Below are positions 1-9,924 of a stretch of DNA of 64,000 nucleotides, one piece after another; within the stretch, counting starts at the first letter, position 1, and the number at the start of each line of letters is the position of its first letter. The translations under genes and the position numbers were made by a program. A model generated the notes under the pieces. That model searched no databases and had not been told where the DNA came from. It saw nothing but the letters and a program-made list of their open reading frames with translations. The stretch is from the NCBI GenBank assembly GCA_966685145.1, contig CBKXXB010000001.1:633-64632 (forward strand), written 5' to 3'. This DNA is from an uncultured bacterium (GTDB lineage Bacteria > Patescibacteriota > Saccharimonadia > Saccharimonadales > OFTM59).

Positions 1-1433
1 GGCACTTGAAGAACTCGGGCTACATCACGTACAGCATTACGAGCAGCCATACGACCAAACGTAACTATATTGGCAACTCTGTCAGCTCCATACTTTTCAA
101 CGCAGTACCTAATAACCTCATCACGCCTAGTATCCTGAATATCGATATCTATATCGGGCATGCTTATTCTGTCAGGATTTAAGAATCGTTCGAACAGAAG
201 ATCATAAGCCAGCGGGTCTAATTCTGTAATTTTAAGACTATATGAAATAATTGATCCTGCTGCAGAACCTCGTCCAGGTCCGAAGACTATACCCTTGTCC
301 TTCCCCCAGTTAATAAAGTCAGCAATAATCAAAAAGTAACCGCAAAATCCCATTTGTTCGATTACTTTTAGCTCGTATGCTGCACGATCTCTAACATGCC
401 CGGGTAAACTTTTCTTGGCTTCTGTGAGCCCAAGTGTTTTACTGCTTTTTTCTGAAATGCCCCCGTAGCGCCATGCCAGACCCCTGTAAACCAGCTTCTC
501 AAGATAGGTAATTTCTGTCTCGCCTTCCGGCACTGGGAATTTTGGAATGAGGATCTTGCCCAGGTCTAACTTAACGTCACAAAGTTCAGCTATTTTTCTA
601 GTATTGGTTATAAGCTCCGGACGATCCTTGCCCCAACGTTCTATAATTTCCTTCGGGTCGGTTACGTGTAAATCAAAATCCTTCAGTGACATCCTTTTCT
701 CATCGCTCAGAAACGACCCTGTTTGCACACACAGCAGGATTTCGTGTGCTTCTTGGTCTTCATGGTTCAGGTAATGTGCGTCCGCCGTTACTACGCATGG
801 AATCCCCGACTCTCGGCTTATTTGCAATGTTAGCTTAGTTACCGCTGCCTGCACATCCCACTTTTGAGGATGCTCTTCGTGACCATGGTCTTGTACCTCC
901 AAATAGTATCTGTCGCCGAATACTTTCTTATACCAATTTGCCGCTTGTTTCGCCTGTTCATACTGGCCTTGGCGTAGCAAGTCGCCCACCTCTCCACCTA
1001 TACAGCCTGATAGCACAATCAAACCTTCGTTATACTGTTCTAGCAATTCACGATCTATTCTCGGTTTGTAATAGAACCCACTAAGGTTTGCAGTAGTCGA
1101 TAATAGCATCATGTTGCGATAGCCGGTATTGTTCATAGCAAGCAATGTAAGGTGATAGTAAACTTTGTCTTTGGTCGGGTCCTTATCAATATGTCGCCTT
1201 GGTGCAACATATGCTTCTATACCGATAATCGGTTTTATGCCTTTTGCAGTTGCCTCCTTGTAAAACTCAACAGCACCAGACAATGTCCCGTGATCAGTAA
1301 TGGCTATCGATTCCATGCCCAGTTGTTTGGTTCTTTCAATAAGCGCTGGTATTTTGGTCAAGCCATCTAGCAGACTGTACTGCGTATGGTTGTGCAGGTG
1401 GACAAAATCACTTGGCGAAAGGCTTGCTTTCAC
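1..1433 (-). CDS. dnaE: DNA polymerase III alpha subunit (5' part; continues beyond window edge)
   Basis: Not in the ORF track. Manual translation from GTG at 1433 gives FVHLHNHTQYSLLDG, AITDHG (PHP domain), then GRGSAAGS and FERFLNPDRISMPDIDID. Confidence 0.97.
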   Translation of the reverse strand, partial: MKASLSPSDFVHLHNHTQYSLLDGLTKIPALIERTKQLGMESIAITDHGTLSGAVEFYKEATAKGIKPIIGIEAYVAPRRHIDKDPTKDKVYYHLTLLAMNNTGYRNMMLLSTTANLSGFYYKPRIDRELLEQYNEGLIVLSGCIGGEVGDLLRQGQYEQAKQAANWYKKVFGDRYYLEVQDHGHEEHPQKWDVQAAVTKLTLQISRESGIPCVVTADAHYLNHEDQEAHEILLCVQTGSFLSDEKRMSLKDFDLHVTDPKEIIERWGKDRPELITNTRKIAELCDVKLDLGKILIPKFPVPEGETEITYLEKLVYRGLAWRYGGISEKSSKTLGLTEAKKSLPGHVRDRAAYELKVIEQMGFCGYFLIIADFINWGKDKGIVFGPGRGSAAGSIISYSLKITELDPLAYDLLFERFLNPDRISMPDIDIDIQDTRRDEVIRYCVEKYGADRVANIVTFGRMAARNAVRDVARVLQV

Positions 1434-1509
1434 TATTTTTTATACCCTCTTATTTATGCTCTATTTTATAAGACAGTTTGTATTCTTACGAAGCTTATAA
1501 TTACAACGT

Positions 1510-1773
1510 TTACCTTTTAGATTGTTCAACCGAGGAACGAATGTTATCAATGAGCGGTCCAATCAAAGGAATCTGGTCAAAAGGGGAAAGTGCCCAAACA
1601 AGGAGGCCCACGCCCAGGGTCGCTCCCACTGTTCCGCCAAGGCCAATAAGCACGCCTTTTACGAAGCTCATGATATAGAGCCTTTTTCTGCTCAGATATC
1701 CTGTGTCGTATACGGCTGCCAATAGGCGTCCGAAACTTTCTATTTCACTAGCTTTTTGCTTCTGGTTTGGCAT
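1510..1773 (-). CDS. Small membrane protein (DUF5665-like)
   Basis: 87 aa with SFVKGVLIGLGGTVGAT and a hydrophobic helix; overlaps the upstream gene in an operon. Confidence 0.65.
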   Translation of the reverse strand: MPNQKQKASEIESFGRLLAAVYDTGYLSRKRLYIMSFVKGVLIGLGGTVGATLGVGLLVWALSPFDQIPLIGPLIDNIRSSVEQSKR

Positions 1774-2179
1774 CTTTTTTTATAAATTTCTTAAGGTGCT
1801 CTGTGGCGTCTTTTACTTCCTTTATGGCTTTCTGGAGATCTTTGTCCTCAGCCTCACCTTCGTGTATTGCGCTCAGTAGCTGTCGTGTTTTATCTTTGGC
1901 TTTCTGGGCTTTATCAAGAGCACTATTCATGTCTGCCTTTGCCCGTTGGCCCAAATTCTTAGTTTGGCTTTTGCCTTTTACGATAAGCTCGTCAAGGTCA
2001 CTATGAAGCTTCTTCAACTTGGCCTCAGCGTCTTTTTTAGCCTTTAACGCTGCTCGCTGCAGGTCTCGTCTTGTTTCCCTTCCGCTCTTGGGCGCCGTTA
2101 GGACACCTGCCGCATAGCCAATTCCAGCCGCCACTAAAGCTCCCATGGCCAGTCGACTGCCCCTACGCTTTGCCATCAT
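1748..2179 (-). CDS. YtxH-domain protein
   Basis: GIGYAAGVLTAPKSGRETR motif followed by a Lys/Ala-rich coiled coil. Confidence 0.85.
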   Translation of the reverse strand: MMAKRRGSRLAMGALVAAGIGYAAGVLTAPKSGRETRRDLQRAALKAKKDAEAKLKKLHSDLDELIVKGKSQTKNLGQRAKADMNSALDKAQKAKDKTRQLLSAIHEGEAEDKDLQKAIKEVKDATEHLKKFIKKDAKPEAKS

Positions 2180-2457
2180 TGCCCTCCTTTTGACTTACGT
2201 TTGGTCGGTCCTTCTTTGTTTGACATATTCCTTACCAGCCGCTTTATCATACGTCCAATAGCAAATGAACTAAGTGTTTTTTGGAGTGTTCCTGTGAATG
2301 ATTCAGCCGCTTCGGCAATATGTTCGGCTTTATCGGCTAATTTCTTCACTGTTCGTAAGATTTGGATCAGCTTTACGGTTGCTATGATTGCAAGTATCAA
2401 CAGAACAGCAAGTGCGGCTGCCAGTATTACGACTAAGGTTCTCTCCGCTGTATCCAT
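2176..2457 (-). CDS. Small membrane-anchored coiled-coil protein (YtxG/DUF948-like)
   Basis: N-terminal TM helix plus coiled coil; 4-nt overlap with the YtxH gene. Confidence 0.6.
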   Translation of the reverse strand: MDTAERTLVVILAAALAVLLILAIIATVKLIQILRTVKKLADKAEHIAEAAESFTGTLQKTLSSFAIGRMIKRLVRNMSNKEGPTKRKSKGGQ

Positions 2458-2499
2458 ACATTAAACAGTATACAGCATGTGGACAGTAGCAAATTATGA

Positions 2500-3393
2500 T
2501 CAACCTATCGTCTTGCGCAAGTAGGCCAAAAATTCATCTTTCACATCTTGGTGTTTGAGTGCGAAAGCAACCGTAGCCTTTAAGTAGTCTAGTTTGTTGC
2601 CAGTATCGTAGCGTGTGCTGTTTTTGATCTCACAACCAAAGAAGGCTTTGTGGTCAGCAAGCATAGGCTGTATCACGCTGTCAGTTAGATAAAATTCTTG
2701 ACCCGGTGACAATGACTGGTGCCCTGTTTCCAGGTAATCAAACACGTCAGGCGTAAGTAAGTAGCCGCCCACGGCACCGAAGTTAGAGGGGGCTTTTTTC
2801 TTGCCGGGCTTTTCGACAATCCCACTCATCTTAACCACGTCCGGCTTCAATAGTTCACCGCTAACCACACCGTAACGATCGTACTGTTCATCCTGCTCTA
2901 GTCTTATGCACGGGATTATCCCACCACCAAGTTCTTCATGAAGCGATATCATTTGTCTATAGCAGTTGGGCTCTGCTGCTATCAGGTCATCTGCAAAAAC
3001 ATAAATAAATGCTTCATCTCCGATCAGGTGACTAACGTTCACGATTGGCGTAGCGGTTCCATAAGGACCTTTTTGGCGCACATAGGAAAAATTAGCCAGA
3101 TCAGAAATCCTACTAACTTCCTCCAGAAGCTTAGCCTTGCCTCCCTGCTCCAAGTTGGTACGCAAGTCAGCGCTCATTTGATCGAAGTGATCTTCTATGG
3201 ACCTCTTGTGATAACCGGTGACAATAATAATATCTTCTATACCGGCATCAACCAGTTCCTCAACCACGTACTGGATAACTGGTTTATCTACAAGCGGCAG
3301 CATTTCTTTAGGCATCGCTTTTGTTTGTGGTAAAAAGCGCGTGCCAAAGCCTGCCGCTGCTATTACTGCTTTTCTAACTGTTTTATTTGACAT
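2500..3393 (-). CDS. galU: UTP--glucose-1-phosphate uridylyltransferase
   Basis: KAVIAAAGFGTRFLPQTKAMPKEMLP, VEKP and YDTGNK motifs. Confidence 0.92.
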   Translation of the reverse strand: MSNKTVRKAVIAAAGFGTRFLPQTKAMPKEMLPLVDKPVIQYVVEELVDAGIEDIIIVTGYHKRSIEDHFDQMSADLRTNLEQGGKAKLLEEVSRISDLANFSYVRQKGPYGTATPIVNVSHLIGDEAFIYVFADDLIAAEPNCYRQMISLHEELGGGIIPCIRLEQDEQYDRYGVVSGELLKPDVVKMSGIVEKPGKKKAPSNFGAVGGYLLTPDVFDYLETGHQSLSPGQEFYLTDSVIQPMLADHKAFFGCEIKNSTRYDTGNKLDYLKATVAFALKHQDVKDEFLAYLRKTIG

Positions 3394-3435
3394 CTTTCAT
3401 ATTCTATCATTGAAGACATCAAGAAGACCGAAGGC

Positions 3436-4917
3436 TTATATACCGAGCTCTTTTTTAATAAGTTCTTGTGCAAGTTTAGGATTAGCCTTGCCCTGTGAAT
3501 TCTTCATAATTTGACCGACTAAGAAGCCTATGGCTTTCATTTCACCGGCAGCCACGTCTTGAGCAGCTTGCGGATTCTCTTTTATTACCTTACTGACTAT
3601 CTTCGATATCTCGGCCTCATCTGATACCTGGATAAACCCCTGTTCTTCGGCGTATTTTTCTAAATCAGAGGGCTTGGCGCCGCTTTTTATCAATGTAGTT
3701 ATAAGAGCCTTTGCATTAGTAGAGCTCAGCTTGTTTCCCAGAATCAAGTCATAAACCGCTTGATAGATTTTAGCTCTCTCTTGATTAGTGGAGTCGTTAT
3801 TCAGCTTTTCTCCGCTCCTTCTTAACGGAATTTCTATGTTTACCAACCAATCGGCCAGTCGCTTGGCAAGCTCTTTATTGTCAAGATTCTGTTCAAGCAG
3901 GGCCAAGTAGTTGGTGTTTTCGTTATCAAGCTCGGCTTCTAACAGAACCTCGACTTGGTTTTTATCGAGGCCGAGTGAAGACATTTTCGCTCGCCAGCTA
4001 TCGGGTAGTGTCGGCACTGTTTCTCCGAGCTTATTAATGGCTTGGTCATCAAGTTCGATTGGGGGAATATCTGGGTCTGGAAAGTATCGATAGTCATGTG
4101 CTTCTTCCTTGCTGCGTTGGCTAAACGTTTTTTGTTTGGCGTCATCCCAGCCTCGTGTTTCTTGTGTAATCTGTTCGCCCTTTTCCAGTACTTCAATTTG
4201 TCGGTTAATTTCAAACTCCACCGCCTTTTCAACACTTCGAAAACTATTGAGATTTTTAGTTTCTGTTCTTGTCCCGAGCTTATCGGGATCCTTACTTACG
4301 CTGACATTCACGTCAAAGCGCATATTCCCATGATACATATCGGCGTCTGAAACGCCCGTATAACGAATCAATAGCCATAACTCTCTGGCATAAGCCTTGG
4401 CCGCTGCTGCAGAATGCATATCTGCTTCAGAAACAATCTCGAGTAATGGGGTACCTGCGCGGTTCAAGTCAACCAGGCTATAGTCTTTGCCCGCAGGGTG
4501 TGTACTTTTACCGGCATCCTCTTCTATTTGTACTCGGTTTATCCTTACGGTACTTATTTCACCGCCCACATCAATCTTGACTGTGCCGCCAACAATAATA
4601 GGCTGAGTGAGCTGTGTTATCTGATAGCCCTTAGGTAGATCAGGATAAAAATAATGTTTGCGCTCAAAGTAGCTGTGCTTCTGCGGCCTAGTGTTAAACG
4701 CAAACGCCACTTTCATGGCGTACTCAAGGGCCTTCTCATTGAGCACGGGTAGGGCGCCCGGCATGCCAAGACAAATATGACTAATAAGCATATTGGGTGC
4801 CGCCTCACGCGCATCGTTAGAAACGGCAGCAAATAACTTGGTCTTAGTCTTAAGCTGCACATGACACTCAATACCTATAGTTGCAGTATATAAGTCACGT
4901 ATCTCGGGGTTCACCAT
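3436..4917 (-). CDS. gatB: Asp/Glu-tRNA amidotransferase subunit B
   Basis: IGIECHVQL, RKHYFYPDLPKGYQITQ, DLNRAGTPLLEIV and YRYFPDPD motifs. Confidence 0.98.
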   Translation of the reverse strand: MVNPEIRDLYTATIGIECHVQLKTKTKLFAAVSNDAREAAPNMLISHICLGMPGALPVLNEKALEYAMKVAFAFNTRPQKHSYFERKHYFYPDLPKGYQITQLTQPIIVGGTVKIDVGGEISTVRINRVQIEEDAGKSTHPAGKDYSLVDLNRAGTPLLEIVSEADMHSAAAAKAYARELWLLIRYTGVSDADMYHGNMRFDVNVSVSKDPDKLGTRTETKNLNSFRSVEKAVEFEINRQIEVLEKGEQITQETRGWDDAKQKTFSQRSKEEAHDYRYFPDPDIPPIELDDQAINKLGETVPTLPDSWRAKMSSLGLDKNQVEVLLEAELDNENTNYLALLEQNLDNKELAKRLADWLVNIEIPLRRSGEKLNNDSTNQERAKIYQAVYDLILGNKLSSTNAKALITTLIKSGAKPSDLEKYAEEQGFIQVSDEAEISKIVSKVIKENPQAAQDVAAGEMKAIGFLVGQIMKNSQGKANPKLAQELIKKELGI

Positions 4918-5326
4918 TCGGCAAAGCTCCTAGATCTCTTAATGCTTGACGAAACCCGATTAAAGCTGATTTCACATCCGCTTCTTTTAAACGAAATTCG
5001 GGATCAGCCAATATTTTCTTAGTCAGGCTGTGCGCAAACCACACTGCGTCATTATTAAGGAAAAGGCGCTGGGCCGACACCATGCGTTCACCCATAGTTT
5101 TGCCTTTGAACTTTCTTCTCTTAAGTGCATTGTCGAGCAAACGATCAGCGGCAATAAGCGCGTCAGGCCAGGTAACCTTGTCTTTACAGAACGCCTGAAG
5201 CTGTTTCCAGTTTTCATCGAACGCATCTTGTTTCAAGCGTTTAGGCAAATATTTGTAAATAATCGCCAACATAATAAGTCCGACGACAACGGCAAGACCG
5301 ATAAAAATCATTCTTTCAATACTCAT
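4895..5326 (-). CDS. Membrane-anchored hypothetical protein between gatA and gatB
   Basis: 143 aa with an N-terminal TM helix and ALIAADRLLDNAL...GKTMGERM; overlaps both neighbours. Confidence 0.8.
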   Translation of the reverse strand: MSIERMIFIGLAVVVGLIMLAIIYKYLPKRLKQDAFDENWKQLQAFCKDKVTWPDALIAADRLLDNALKRRKFKGKTMGERMVSAQRLFLNNDAVWFAHSLTKKILADPEFRLKEADVKSALIGFRQALRDLGALPNGEPRDT

Positions 5327-6759
5327 TGTACTAACTCCTCAAATTTGTAGGCTAATGCAAGTAATTCCTTATCCTTGCGCTGCGGGGCCATAAGTTGTAG
5401 ACCCACCGGAAGACCGCTCACAGTACCGGCAGGCACGCTAATTGCCGGAATGCCAACGAGACTGACTGCCACGGTCATCATATCCTGCAAATACATTTGC
5501 AATGGATCGGTACTGTTTTGACCAATTCTAAATGCAGTCGTAGGAGCTACTGGTCCTAATAGGAAGTTGTATTTATTAAATGCATTATCGAACTCCTGAA
5601 TGATTTTCGTTCTCAGTCGTTGTGCTTTGCGATAGTAGGCATCATAGTAACCACTGCTAAGCACATAAGTGCCGATCATTATTCGTCGCTTAGCCTCGCG
5701 ACCAAAACCCTCGCTTCTAGACCAGTTGTAGCTATCGTCAAGGCTAGTGGCCGTTGATTTCGAAAATCCGTAACGCTGCCCGTCGTAGCGACTTAAGTTG
5801 CTGCTAATTTCTGCTGGGACAATGATGTAGTAGGCCGCCAGTGCCAGTTCAAGCGAAGGCAAACTAATATCTTCAATTTGTATACCTGCAGTCTTTAGTT
5901 TTTCAGACGCCTCGTAAATTTTAGTGCGAACGGCTTTATCAGTACCTTCGCCCATATATTCTTTAATAACGCCGATCTTGATATGCTTAAACGATCTATC
6001 GGGTGCTGACGACAAATTATAGCCACCTTCTTGCCGCTCTATGGTTGTGCCATCAAGCTCATCCTTACCGGCAATAACATCCACAATAAGCGCCACATCT
6101 TCTACTGTTCTTGCAATAGGGCCAATCGTATCAGTGCTACTCGCCATCGCTACCACGCCACTACGTGACACCAGACCGTATGTAGGCCTTAACCCGACTG
6201 AACCCGTAAATGAGGCTGGTTGACGTATCGAGCCGCCAGTATCTGTAGCCAAAGCAAAAGGGACCATGTCAAGAATTACAGCAGCTGCCGGTCCACCCGA
6301 ACTACCGCCCGGTACGCGTGTTTTATCGTGAGGATTTTTTGTAATCATAAAATCGCTGTTTTCAGTACTGCCTCCATGACCGAATGCGTCCAGATTAGCC
6401 TTGGCTACGCAAATCGCTCCTTCCGCTTCGAGTCTTTCGACTGCGGTTGCTTGGTAGGGCGCTTCAAAGCCTTTCAAGATATTACTGGCAGCCGTGGTTT
6501 CACTGCCGAAAGTCAGAAAGTTGTCCTTAGCAATAAATGGCACACCCGCCAGACGACCAACTTGTTCACCGTTCTTAACTCGCGCATCTATTTCCTCGGC
6601 ACGAAGGCGGCTGCGTTCATGTATGGCTGAAATTACAGCGTTGTAGTCCTTTTTTTCATCTATAGTTTTAAGTGCGCTCTCAACTAACTCTACAGCCTTG
6701 GCGTCTCCCGATTGCACGCTTCTTGCGATTGCTGCAATGGCTGGCCATTGACTAGTCAT
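5323..6759 (-). CDS. gatA: Asp/Glu-tRNA amidotransferase subunit A
   Basis: Amidase signature PGGSSGG, DTGGSIRQPA, SSNLSRYDG and KRRIMIGTYVLS. Confidence 0.98.
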   Translation of the reverse strand: MTSQWPAIAAIARSVQSGDAKAVELVESALKTIDEKKDYNAVISAIHERSRLRAEEIDARVKNGEQVGRLAGVPFIAKDNFLTFGSETTAASNILKGFEAPYQATAVERLEAEGAICVAKANLDAFGHGGSTENSDFMITKNPHDKTRVPGGSSGGPAAAVILDMVPFALATDTGGSIRQPASFTGSVGLRPTYGLVSRSGVVAMASSTDTIGPIARTVEDVALIVDVIAGKDELDGTTIERQEGGYNLSSAPDRSFKHIKIGVIKEYMGEGTDKAVRTKIYEASEKLKTAGIQIEDISLPSLELALAAYYIIVPAEISSNLSRYDGQRYGFSKSTATSLDDSYNWSRSEGFGREAKRRIMIGTYVLSSGYYDAYYRKAQRLRTKIIQEFDNAFNKYNFLLGPVAPTTAFRIGQNSTDPLQMYLQDMMTVAVSLVGIPAISVPAGTVSGLPVGLQLMAPQRKDKELLALAYKFEELVQ

Positions 6760-7049
6760 GATAACATCCGCCTTACCTTGATATGATCATCTTCCGTTGA
6801 TGGCACGTTTTTAAGTAGTTCTGCGGGCGTCATGCCATAGTTTTTCACTACATCGGTACGCGTAACGTTTTTAAGTCCTGTAACTTGGTATGTGGGCTCA
6901 ACCCCTTCAAGATCCACTGCCTGTAATTGCTCTACATACTGTAATATAGCACTGATCTCTTCTTCGAATTGCTCGACCTCGTCATCAGTAAGGTGGAGAC
7001 GGGCGAGCCGAGCCAATTTTAATACGTCATCTCGTGTCAACTTCGCCAT
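6756..7049 (-). CDS. gatC: Asp/Glu-tRNA amidotransferase subunit C
   Basis: LTRDDVLKLARLARL N-terminus; directly upstream of gatA. Confidence 0.95.
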   Translation of the reverse strand: MAKLTRDDVLKLARLARLHLTDDEVEQFEEEISAILQYVEQLQAVDLEGVEPTYQVTGLKNVTRTDVVKNYGMTPAELLKNVPSTEDDHIKVRRMLS

Positions 7050-7124
7050 ATATTCTCAGTATAACTGATTAGCTCGTGAGTATCCACCTACCTTGGTATC
7101 TTTAATGAACACTTAATCATCGCC

Positions 7125-9089
7125 TTACATTTTCTTCTTAATATCGGAGATTATATCTCTTAACTCTGCAGCTTTTTCAAATTCAAGATTAGCAGCTGCC
7201 AGCTCCATCTGCGCACTAAGATCGCGCAAAAGCGTACCATACTCATCCTTTGGTATTTTCTTGAGATCAAGTTTGGCCTTCTTGGCCTCCTCAGGCAAGT
7301 CGGGTCTCATGCCCTTTTCAACCGCCTTGGCGATACCCTTAGGTTTTATCTTGTGTCGTCTATTATAATCTTCCTGAATTGTTCGCCGTCTCGTGGTTTC
7401 ATCAATCGTTCTTTGCATGCTGCCGGTAATGCGGTCTGCATACATAACTACACGTCCTTCAATGTGACGTGCAGCACGGCCAACCGTCTGCACTAACGCT
7501 TGTTCACTGCGAAGAAACCCCTCCTTATCAGCATCAAGTATGGCCACTAAACTCACCTCAGGTAAGTCCAAGCCTTCGCGAAGCAGATTTATGCCTACAA
7601 CGACATCGTAAACGCCAAGCCTGAGATCGCGCAGTATGTCAGTCCGCTCCAGCGTCTCAACGTCACTGTGCAGATATGTGACCTTAACATCAATTTCTTG
7701 CAAGTACTCAGTCAAATCCTCGGCCATGCGTTTAGTCAAGGTAGTGACAAGCACACGTTGGCGCTTTGCAATTATTTTCCTAATTTCACTAAGTAGGTCG
7801 TCGATCTGCCCCTCAATCGGACGAACCTCAATTACCGGGTCGAGCAGCCCGGTTGGTCGTATAACTTGCTCAATAGGAGCAGGGCTGCGTGTGAGCTCAT
7901 ACTGCGCAGGAGTCGCACTTACATAAACAACCTGGTTTACGTGTTTTTCAAACTCTGTAAAAGTAAGCGGTCTATTGTCTAGTGCGCTGGGTAAGCGAAA
8001 GCCGTGCTCGACCAAAACTTCTTTGCGCGCCCTGTCGCCATTGTACATACCTCTTATCTGCGGTATGGTCATATGCGACTCGTCAATAAAGAGCATATAA
8101 TCGTCTGGAAAATAATCGAGCAGGGTTGCCGGTTGCTCCCCTGGTTCTCGATTAGTCAGATACCGGCTATAATTCTCGATTCCTTTTACGAAACCGGTTT
8201 CTTCCAGCATTTCCAAATCAAAACGTGTACGTTGTTCAAGTCGCTGAGCTTCAAGAAGCAGGCCCTTGCTTTTAAAATATTCCAGCCGTTCTGCCAATTC
8301 AGACTCAATACTAGTTAGAGCATGCTTTAACTTTTCGGCCGGAGTTACATAGTGGCTACTTGGGAAAATTCGTATTGAAGCAGGACGACGAATAACTTCG
8401 CCGGTTAGAGGCTCAATCTGGCTGATTCTCTCAACCTCATCGCCAAAAAATTCAACTCTATAGGCCACTTCTTCACCCGCAGGCAGTACGTCAACCACAT
8501 CACCTCTTACACGGAAAGTTCCTCTATGAAAGTCCACGTCATTGCGCTGGTACTGAATATCAGTTAAGCGACGTATGAATTTGTCACGGACTTTACGTTC
8601 TCCAACTTTTACGAACTCTGCCAGGTTACCGTAGTCCTCAACCGAACCTATGCCGTAGATGCAGCTTACGCTTGCAACAATAATGACGTCCCGCCTTGTA
8701 AGCAGCGCATCAGTCGCAGCATGGCGTAGACGATCGATTTCTTCGTTAATTTGGCTATCTTTTTCTATATAAGTATCCGAACGTGGGATGTATGCTTCCG
8801 GTTGATAATAATCAAAATAGCTCACAAAGTAGTGAACGGCGTTATCGGGGAAAAAGCCCTTAAACTCACTGTAGAGCTGCGCAGCAAGAGTTTTATTGTG
8901 CGAAAGCACCAGCGTAGGTCGCTGCAGGCGCTGTACCGCATTTGCCATCGTAAACGTCTTGCCTGAGCCCGTTACACCAAGCAGCACCTGTTCTTTAACA
9001 TTGCTTTCTATGCCCTTTACTAGCGCCTCAATCGCGTCCGGTTGATCGCCTTTTGGCTTATAGTTACTTTTAAGAGTGAACTTACTCAT
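7125..9089 (-). CDS. uvrB: Excinuclease ABC subunit B
   Basis: [40 protein letters not shown] and a C-terminal UVR domain. Confidence 0.98.
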   Translation of the reverse strand: MSKFTLKSNYKPKGDQPDAIEALVKGIESNVKEQVLLGVTGSGKTFTMANAVQRLQRPTLVLSHNKTLAAQLYSEFKGFFPDNAVHYFVSYFDYYQPEAYIPRSDTYIEKDSQINEEIDRLRHAATDALLTRRDVIIVASVSCIYGIGSVEDYGNLAEFVKVGERKVRDKFIRRLTDIQYQRNDVDFHRGTFRVRGDVVDVLPAGEEVAYRVEFFGDEVERISQIEPLTGEVIRRPASIRIFPSSHYVTPAEKLKHALTSIESELAERLEYFKSKGLLLEAQRLEQRTRFDLEMLEETGFVKGIENYSRYLTNREPGEQPATLLDYFPDDYMLFIDESHMTIPQIRGMYNGDRARKEVLVEHGFRLPSALDNRPLTFTEFEKHVNQVVYVSATPAQYELTRSPAPIEQVIRPTGLLDPVIEVRPIEGQIDDLLSEIRKIIAKRQRVLVTTLTKRMAEDLTEYLQEIDVKVTYLHSDVETLERTDILRDLRLGVYDVVVGINLLREGLDLPEVSLVAILDADKEGFLRSEQALVQTVGRAARHIEGRVVMYADRITGSMQRTIDETTRRRTIQEDYNRRHKIKPKGIAKAVEKGMRPDLPEEAKKAKLDLKKIPKDEYGTLLRDLSAQMELAAANLEFEKAAELRDIISDIKKKM

Positions 9090-9125
9090 CTCCTCATTGT
9101 AACAATGTTATGCCGAAGAGTTTAC

Positions 9126-9341
9126 TTACGGCCGGATAAGCTTGTCCGGGTCAACGTCAGTATTGGTATAGGTGCGGCCTTGAAAAATGCACTGTTCTGG
9201 ATAGCTTTCTAAGATGGGCTGACCAGCATCTTTACATTCCTGAAAAGTATTAATGCTCCTACCTTGTGAGAATATAAAAATAGCCACAAGTAGCAAACCA
9301 CCAAAGAGCACTACTAATATCGGCCATTTTCTGTGCTGCAT
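9126..9341 (-). CDS. Small membrane-anchored protein with a Cys pair
   Basis: TM helix followed by INTFQECKDAGQPILESYPEQC; ATG 9341 chosen to avoid overlap with the upstream gene. Confidence 0.65.
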   Translation of the reverse strand: MQHRKWPILVVLFGGLLLVAIFIFSQGRSINTFQECKDAGQPILESYPEQCIFQGRTYTNTDVDPDKLIRP

Positions 9342-9360
9342 CGCCAAATCATCATACAAG

Positions 9361-9924
9361 TTACTCATATAAATCCTTGTATTTAACAACCTCCAGGTCA
9401 AGCAGTGCAGTCAGCTTGGCCAACAACTCGTCGGCATCACTGCTAAAGACCACATTTCGGCTACGGCGCTCGCCGGCTGCGTGTAATATATCCATGATTT
9501 CGGTACTGATGCCGCCAGCGCCTTGTAAAAAGCCAATCGGCGTGTCCGTTTCCATTGCAATAGTAAATTCGTGAAGGGTACCTAGCCGTCCTCCAATACT
9601 AATAACAGCGTCACTAGACGTTATAAGCAAGTTATCACGCCCAACATAGTTAAGGCCGCTATAGATGATAGTGTCATATGCCTTTACGGGAAGCCTATAT
9701 TTGGCTACATGCTCTATCTTCGAGGTGGCCGGGCTTATACCGACGCTCATTTTCCCCCCGAATTTTTTGTACGCCTGCGCAGCATAATCAGGCAGTCCAA
9801 TCGTTGCACCTGACATAAGACAGTGCCCGGCTTTAGCAATTGCCCGGCCTGCGGCTTGCGCCAGCACTTTGCCTTCTTCTACGCTTTTGCCTTTTGCGGC
9901 GCCAGAAATACATATTTGATACAT
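9361..9924 (-). CDS. LOG/SLOG-family nucleotide-binding protein
   Basis: SGATIG, VGISP, GRDNLLITSSDAVISIGGRLGTLHEF. Confidence 0.85.
   Translation of the reverse strand: MYQICISGAAKGKSVEEGKVLAQAAGRAIAKAGHCLMSGATIGLPDYAAQAYKKFGGKMSVGISPATSKIEHVAKYRLPVKAYDTIIYSGLNYVGRDNLLITSSDAVISIGGRLGTLHEFTIAMETDTPIGFLQGAGGISTEIMDILHAAGERRSRNVVFSSDADELLAKLTALLDLEVVKYKDLYE

Noticed and set aside
547-1725. Plus-strand ORFs here and the many short antisense ORFs throughout the track
   Set aside because: They are shadows of well-supported genes on the opposite strand (here dnaE, which the track misses because it runs off the edge).
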